From an uncultured Verrucomicrobiae bacterium (GTDB lineage Bacteria; Verrucomicrobiota; Verrucomicrobiia; Limisphaerales; JAFGQR01), in the NCBI GenBank assembly GCA_963788655.1, contig CAWBHS010000057.1, positions 192,189 to 256,188 on the forward strand: a DNA stretch of 64,000 nucleotides, in the 5' to 3' direction. Shown piece by piece: positions 58,501 through 64,000 of this stretch (position 1 is its first letter; every line of letters starts with the position of its first letter). Under the pieces are notes generated by a model. The model saw nothing but the letters and a program-made list of their open reading frames with translations, was not told where the DNA came from and made no database searches. The position numbers and the translations under genes were made by a program.

Positions 58501-61500
58501 GTGTTGGCCAGCACGCTCACCTGGCCGGCGCCGCCAGCGTCCGGCAGGAGTTGCGCGCTCGGCGCGATGGCCACCGAACAATTGGTACCCCATTGGCTCA
58601 TGGCGAACACCTGGTCGGCGACCACCAAGTTGCCGGTGCGCATCCGGGCGCTCTGATTATCCGTGACGGAATAGCCAATGGTGGTGTTGCCCACACCACT
58701 GGTAGCGGAAGTGATGGTGATCCAATTGTTGGTATTGTCCACCGTCCAAGAGACAAGGATCTTTGGTGTAAAGATTGATCGTGCCGGTCGAAGCGCCGTA
58801 GCCATGAAAGCGATTGGTCGGCGACAACGAGTAGGTGCAGGCCACGCCCAATTGGGTAATCGGGAACATGTCTGGTCACCGATGAACACTGCGCCTGCCC
58901 GCGGGCTGGTCGTCGGATTATCGGCCACCGCGTAGGCGACCTGCCCGCTGCCGGTGCCGGTCGCCCCGGAGAGAATCGTGATCCAACTATTCGTGGAGGA
59001 AGCCGTCCAATTGCAATTACCGCCGGTGACTTCCACGCTCCCACTGGTTGCTCCGTAGCCGTGGACCCGATCCTGCGGGGACAACTCGACCGGACAAAGG
59101 GTGACTTTTACGGCCACCGGAGCGGAAACCGCTTCGGCACCCGCCGGATCGGCAACCCGGGCCCGGACCAACCGGCTGCCAAGGGTCTGGTAACGGTTGG
59201 TGTAAAAGAGACTCTGCACCGGCGGGGTGTCAAAATAGCCGTCGCCGTTGAGATCCCATTCGACTTCAATCAGGGACGAACTGTGCTCCGGATCCGTGGT
59301 GCCCGAGGCGTCGAAAACCACCTCCTCACCCAAGGCGGGCGTGGCCGGAGTGATTTTGATGATCGGCCAGGGCGCATGGTTCACCACCGGCGTCAATTGG
59401 ATCGTGGTGCTGACGCTCCGCTGGTTGCCCTGGCGGTCCAGGACGGTGACCGTATAGTCGTTGGCCTGCGCCGGATTGTAGAACGGCGTGCTGAACGTCC
59501 GGGTTACGTTGGTGCCCGTGAGCACCATTTCGTCCACGAGCGTCCACTCAAAATTTTCGTTCCAGGACAGCAGCGCCGCCGACAGTCCCCCGACATCCGC
59601 AGCGGTAAAAGTGATTTGCACGACGCCCCGCACGGGGGCATTGGTGCCCGCGGTGATCACCGTCACATTGGGCTTGGTATCGTCGGTGACCAGCGTGCCC
59701 GGGTTGAAGAAGGGATGGACGTTCAAGGCCAACGCGGCTCCGTAGGACAACCGGGTGTAGTTGAAGGGATACAGGCGGGAAAAAAGCGCGCCCCGGATTC
59801 CCCGAAAGCCATGGCCCATCAGATTGCCGTTGAAGTTCTCGTCGTTGCGATAATCGTGAATCAGCCCGAACGCCTCCGCCAGGTGCTGCATGCCGCCGCC
59901 CAACGCGGCCGAACTGATGCTGCTCAGCGAGGTGCCTTCATACCAGGAGAAGGATACGTCCTGTTTGAGCGGATAGGGGCCGAGCTCCGGCAGGACCAGA
60001 TTGTTGTAAATGACATTGTTCGTCAAGTAGGCCGGCAGGCAGCGGATCAGGGAATCGCTGCCCATCATGGCCCACCCGGCATTCCGGCTGGAATCGCCAT
60101 AATTGTCGGCCGCATCCAGTTTCCCAGAGATGAAACCGTCACTGTTCTCGACATGGGTTTCGGGGACCATCCACCACACTTCGCCGGACGCACCCACTGA
60201 CAGTCCGGCGGCCTGCACCGCATCCACGACCCGCTGGCCGGTGATGTCGCCCCGCAAATAGCTGTCCGTTTGGGGCAAATGCACCGTGTGGATCAGGGGC
60301 GTCACCCCATCGGCCTCCGTCTCGAACCCGAAGGTCTTCGGGCCAAATCCATTCCGTTCCATCTGCTCGCGAAACCAGTCGCGGTAAAGCTGGATCGCGT
60401 TTTGGAGGCTGGCCACGGCATTGCTCTGGGCCACCCGGTTGGTCGGGATCAAGTAAGCCACCCGCACCAACGCGGCGTTGAATCCAGCAGCAACGTCAAT
60501 CGCGACGATGTTGGTGGCCACCGTGTAATGCTCCAGGTCATTGGGCGTGAAGATGACGGTTAACAACTGGTTGTTCCCCACGGGCAACACGGTGCCGACC
60601 GGGGGCGTATAAGCGAAGGAGCCCGGCACGTTGGCGGTGGCATTGAGTTGAAGGTCGCTCAACGGTGTCCCGCTCATGATGGCGGCCGGTTTGGCCCAGG
60701 TAATAATGGGCACCACCTTGCCCCCGCTGGTGACGTTGATGGTGACGCTCTGCATGGCGGCAAGGTAATTCACACTGTCGGCCGGGGTGAAGGTCACTGA
60801 CAAGATTTGGCCGCTGCCGGCGCTCAAAACGGTGCCCGCCGGCGGGGTATAAACAAACGTGCCCGGGACGTTGGCGGTGGCGTTGAGTTGCTCCACGCTC
60901 AAGGCGATCCCGTTGGTAATATCGGCCGGGGGCGCCCAGGTAATGACGGGCAGCGCCGGCGACACATTAATTGCCACGCTCTTGGTGGCGATCACGTAAT
61001 TGCCGGAGTCTGCCGGCGTGAACGTGGCGGTGAGGGTCTGCCCATTGCCGGCGTTGAGCAGGGTTCCCGGGAGCGGATTGTAACCAAACACGCCCGGGAC
61101 ATTTGCCGTGGCATTGAGCTGGGCCGCGCCCAACTGCGTTCCGTAGGTGATGGCCGCGGGATTGGCCCAAGTGATCGCCGGCATGGCTTTCAGCACGTTG
61201 ATGGTCACGGTCTGCGTGACTACCGAATATTGGTTGGTATCTTGCGGCGTGAAGACGACCGACAAGGTCTGGCCGTTGCCGGCGTTCAACGTGGTGCCGA
61301 CCGGCGGCGTATAAACGAACGCACCCGCCACGTTGGCCTTGGCTTTGAGTTGGGCGTCGCTCAATGCGGTACCATAAGTGATGTCGTTCGGGTCGTACCA
61401 GTTCACCAGCGTGCCGGCGGTCCGCAGCCATAGCGGCCCCACGTCCACGGCCGCCAACGGCGGGTTGGTGATAGCCGCGGCGGACAATTGATCGCAGCCC

Positions 61501-63023
61501 ACGTCTTTGGCCGCCGGCCGGAACTGGCCTTCCATATCCACCGTTACGTAATCATAATTCCCCTGGGCGGCGCCGAGTGCGGGACTGTTGGTGGCGGGAC
61601 GCCACAGGCCGTCGGGGGCCAACTCCAGCAATGGATCGACCATGGTGATGCCGCTGTTGGGCGGAATGCGCAGGGTGGCGCCATACATGATGTTGCCCTG
61701 CCAGAACATGTTCACCGGCTCGAGACGCTGGTCCACAAGCTTGTTGGTGGTGTAAACGACATTGTTGGCAATCGTGCAATCCAACGGCGGGAGCGTCGTC
61801 GTTTCCGAGGTGCCGGTCAGCGTCGCCTCCAGCCCGATCAGGATGCTGTCATCGCAGTTGACAAACGTGTTGAAAGCCACGGTGGCACGTTTGACCTGCA
61901 AGTAACCGTTCTGAGGACTGTTGATCAATCCCTGCATCAGGGCCAGAGAGGCGTGCGACGCCGAGCCGGTCAGGTCCACGAAATAGTTGTCATAGATTTT
62001 ATGGTCCTCGCCGCACACCCGGACCCCACCGGTAAGCGGTTTACCGTTACCAAAGAAGTAATTGCCCTCGACGACGGAGCCGTTGCCATGACGCAAGGTC
62101 AGGGCACCTTCGCATTCGAAGAAGGTGTTGCCGCGATAGGTGTTTTCGCCGGACTTGCCCGAGACCACTTCGACATCACCGTCGCACTGCTCGAAGAAAT
62201 TGTACTCCACCAGGGCGCGGGAAAGGTTCAGCGACACGTCGCTGGTGCCAATGCGGATGGTTTCCCCGCCGTTGCGTCCCAGGGGCGGCCGCGGGCCGAA
62301 ATGATTGTGGTCGATGCGATGGTAATTGGGATGGTCCGGCTGGCTGTCCACCCACACCACGAAGGTGGTGCCGCCATTGTTCTTGCCTTTGAAGTAGCAG
62401 TGGTCCACCCGGTTGCTGGTGCCATACAGCGACACCCAGAGGGTTTCCAAACTGGGATCCGCCGGGTTATAATCGATGATGGCGCACTCGGTCAGCCGAC
62501 AATTGTTGGCCACCGAGATCGTGGATTCGCGGAAGGAGATGACTTCATCGGACGTCACGAAGCCGTTTACGAATTGCAGGCCATCGACCACCAGGTAGCT
62601 GCCCGCCAGGCGAAGCCGGGATGTGCCGCTCAGGATCACCTGGCCGGGCGTTTGCGCTCGCAGCGTAATGGGATTGGCCGCGGTGCCATTGGCTTTGAAC
62701 AGGATGTCCGCGTTCTGCCAGACCCCATCGCGCATAATCAGAGTGTCGCCCGGCCGGGCGAACAACAAGGTCACGGAAAGGTCCGCCACACTCGTCACCA
62801 AAAACTCGGTGCCCCGTGCCACTCCGCTCAGCATTAGTAAGGCAAGCAGCAGGCACCAGCCGCGACCGCGGCGAAGCATTGCCCCATAAGACTTCTCTCG
62901 ACTCAACACATTCATAGTACTTCCATTCAAATTCATCGGACGCACACAGCCGTCCGGGAGGTCGTCCAATTGACCTCCCGAACACACTGCTTCATAGGGA
63001 AAAATTCCACGGCGAAACTTCAT
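46523..63023 (-). CDS. Giant secreted protein D (~5,450 aa): PL6 polysaccharide lyase, 4 MBG, unassigned globular domain, Ig/PKD, 5 BACON-like, cohesin-like, ~15 FWWKVSSE modules alternating with ~18 Ig, RFYQVV domain; about 7 apparent frame breaks
   Basis: Track ORFs 54747..63023, 53011..55260, 52332..53159, 51656..52570, 51352..51756 and 46523..51325 continue the same alternating module/Ig pattern across each junction, with breaks at ~55018, ~53207, ~52511, ~51720 and ~51365. A compensating pair lies at ~58866/~58762. Likely start is ATG 62879 (MLRRGRGWCLLLALLMLSGVARG = signal peptide); the longest ORF starts at 63023. Confidence 0.85.
46526..46735 (-). other. Shared C-terminal domain, subtype 1 (protein D)
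   Basis: IRPNLVINNTTVVLTWDTLPGKTYRIYYKDNLSDPDWNLVAGQLTLTATTAAIEDPEGKQVQRFYQVVEY aligns with the C-terminus of protein A. Confidence 0.7.
46740..57400 (-). repeat. Alternating array of ~15 FWWKVSSE modules and ~18 Ig I-set domains (protein D)
   Basis: I parsed the modules in order: M-I-M-I-M-I-I-M(partial)-I-M-I-M(partial)-I-I-M-I-M-I-M-I-M-I-I-M-I-M-I-M-I-M-I-I-M. Module consensus: LAEA.D...L.W.T.G...W..QT.V.HDG.DAA.SG.I.DGQ...L.T.V.GPGT.SFWWKVSSE..ND.LRFY.......ISGE.DW....F..P.G...L.W.Y.KD.S...G.D..WVDQV. Confidence 0.8.
57400..57828 (-). other. Cohesin-like domain (protein D)
   Basis: LHLVQVPDTVIPSGETVCVPVTLEAHGNENVLRFSVCFDPALLAFASAQPGAG...VVEVCFLGLQASGPVPTPLVLCDQPVGRELLDLIAQPL. Confidence 0.6.
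57835..59095 (-). repeat. Five BACON-like repeats (protein D)
   Basis: Same two-Cys consensus as in A and B. The unit 1/unit 2 junction (end of unit 1 through the start of unit 2) carries the compensating frame-break pair; track ORF 58657..58869 shows the true frame MFPITQLGVACTYSLSPTNRFHGYGASTGTINLYTKDPC. Confidence 0.75.
59100..59700 (-). other. Ig-like + PKD-like domains
   Basis: KPNVTVITAGTNAPVRGVVQITFTAADVGG... and LGEEVVFDASGTTDPEHSSSLIEVEWDLNGDGYFD...RLVRARVADPAG (PKD pattern). Confidence 0.55.
59700..60490 (-). other. Unassigned ~260-aa globular domain with a degenerate metzincin-like string
   Basis: ALVRVAYLIPTNRV...LYRDWFREQMERNGFG...GGGMQHLAEAFGLIHDYRNDENFNGNLMGHGF. HLAEAFGLIHD resembles HExxHxxGxxHD but lacks the canonical HExxH. 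No family assigned. Confidence 0.3.
60490..61420 (-). repeat. Four tandem MBG (YGX-type) domains
   Basis: Four ~85-aa units: ITYGT.L...QLNATANVPG.F.Y.P..GT.L.AG.GQ.L...FTP.D..NY......V.I.V. Confidence 0.7.
61500..62810 (-). other. PL6-family polysaccharide lyase domain (chondroitinase B / alginate lyase fold)
   Basis: NGGETIRIGTSDVSLNLSRALVEYNFFEQCDGDVEVVSGKSGENTYRGNTFFECEGALTLRHGNGSVVEGNYFFGNG matches the remembered PF14592 core (GGE.IR.G ... N.F..C.GE.E..S.KS..N....N.F....G.L.LRHG....V.GN.F.G). Confidence 0.7.
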
Positions 63024-63048
63024 ATAGGTTTTCAGGTCAGGGATCCGG

Positions 63049-64000
63049 TCATGGTCGGATATAGTATTCGATCATACCGGGCTGAACTGCGCTGTCCTTG
63101 TAACTGACCACACCGGCGCTGTTGGATTTGACGCTCGAAGACACTCCATTTCTGAGCAAGGTGTAAGACGTGCTCGGCGCGAGATCCCCGACGGTGTAAG
63201 AGATGCTGTGGGTGGAGGAACCCGCCTGCACCACCCAGCCCTTGCTCAGGTCGCCGCTCATGTTCCAGATGTTGATCCCCAGTAGGGCGACCCCGGCATC
63301 CGGCACCGCTTGAAAATTTCGCGTGACCACGGTCGAGGTTTTGCTGATTTGCGCCGAGTTCAACGTCAGCGAACTCTTGGTCGGCGAGAGCGTGGTGGCC
63401 AAGCCGTCCTCTTCGGGATCGAAAACGTGCCCCTGGAGATCCTCGAAGTAGGCCGAACTATATACATCCAGTTGCAGGTGGACGGTGGGTTGATCGGCGA
63501 TGGTAATACTGCCGGCGAAATTGGGGCTGCCCTCGGCACGGACCGTTTCTTCGTCGGGAATCAAGTTGCCCTGAAGCCGGTTACGCTGGCCATTGACAAA
63601 CCATAACAGACCATAGTTTTGCGTGAACAGGTTCCCCTGGAAAACGTTATCGTCGCTTTCCTTGAGAAAGATGCCCCGGCCCCGATTGCCGTGAACCACA
63701 TTGTTGAGAAACCGGTTGCGCTTGTTGCGGCCATCAAAGTCCGGCCGCGGCGGATCGCTGCCGCGATAAAGATAGATCCCGTAGTTACTGCCGAAGGAAA
63801 GACTCGTTGTCATCCGCCTCGTTGTCCAGACAGCCGACGCTCAGACGGATGCCGCTCTTGTAGTTGTACCAACAGGTATTGTGGCGAATCAACGTCCGGC
63901 TGGTTTCGAAGATGCCAATCCCCGAATCCCCATTGTGCAAGCAGGCGTTCTGCTCGACCAGCGAATCGTTGCAACTGCGGTGCAGCATGATGCCGTTGCC
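63049..64000 (-). CDS. Right-handed parallel beta-helix repeat protein (pectate-lyase fold), 5' end outside the window; one apparent frameshift near 63810
   Basis: Track ORFs 63785..63988 (...GDSGIGIFETSRTLIRHNTCWYNYKSGIRLSVGC) and 63049..63813 (NYGIYLYRGS...NNVVHGNRGRGIFLKESDDNVFQGNLFTQNYG...) carry typical N..GN...GI.L beta-helix rungs. The stop lies only 25 nt upstream of the longest gene D ORF. Confidence 0.65.

Noticed and set aside
17305-64000. The giant-gene block as a mobile genomic island or prophage.
   Set aside because: There is no integrase, transposase, tRNA target, flanking direct repeat or obvious GC shift within the window. The right boundary lies beyond nt 64000, so mobility cannot be assessed.

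Overview
High-GC (about 60%) bacterial window with two very different parts. Part 1, nt 1-17,300, holds ordinary chromosomal genes: a NarL-type two-component pair, a DUF903-like lipoprotein, a DPP-IV (S9B) peptidase, a POT peptide transporter, a DUF885 protein, the sucA-sucB-lpdA 2-oxoglutarate dehydrogenase operon and a CPBP-family membrane protease. The intergenic regions between them are packed with palindromic dispersed repeats. Part 2, nt 17,305-64,000, is one uninterrupted minus-strand block (about 73% of the window) of five genes. Four are giant secreted modular proteins of about 5,060, 1,230, 3,300 and 5,450 aa once frame breaks are joined. They share a module vocabulary: 58 two-cysteine BACON-like repeats, about 27 Ig I-set domains, 16 copies of an unassigned ~130-aa FWWKVSSE...GWVDQV module, three cohesin-like domains, one dockerin-like pair and an SBBP beta-propeller. 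Two carry enzymatic heads: a CotH kinase with lamin-tail and PA14 domains, and a PL6 polysaccharide lyase with MBG and PKD domains. All four end in a related ~70-aa C-terminal domain finishing ...RFYR(A/V)V, which matches no sorting signal I recognise. I regard this block as the candidate novel system, possibly a self-assembling extracellular or cell-surface scaffold carrying enzyme heads. All domain calls were made by eye from motifs, with no HMM or structure search. About 20 single-site frame breaks are spread unevenly over the window, 7 of them in the OGDH operon. They look more like consensus indels than biology, but sequence alone cannot settle this. I found no rRNA, tRNA, CRISPR array, transposase or integrase. 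Taxonomic guess (inference only): PVC superphylum, Verrucomicrobiota-like.
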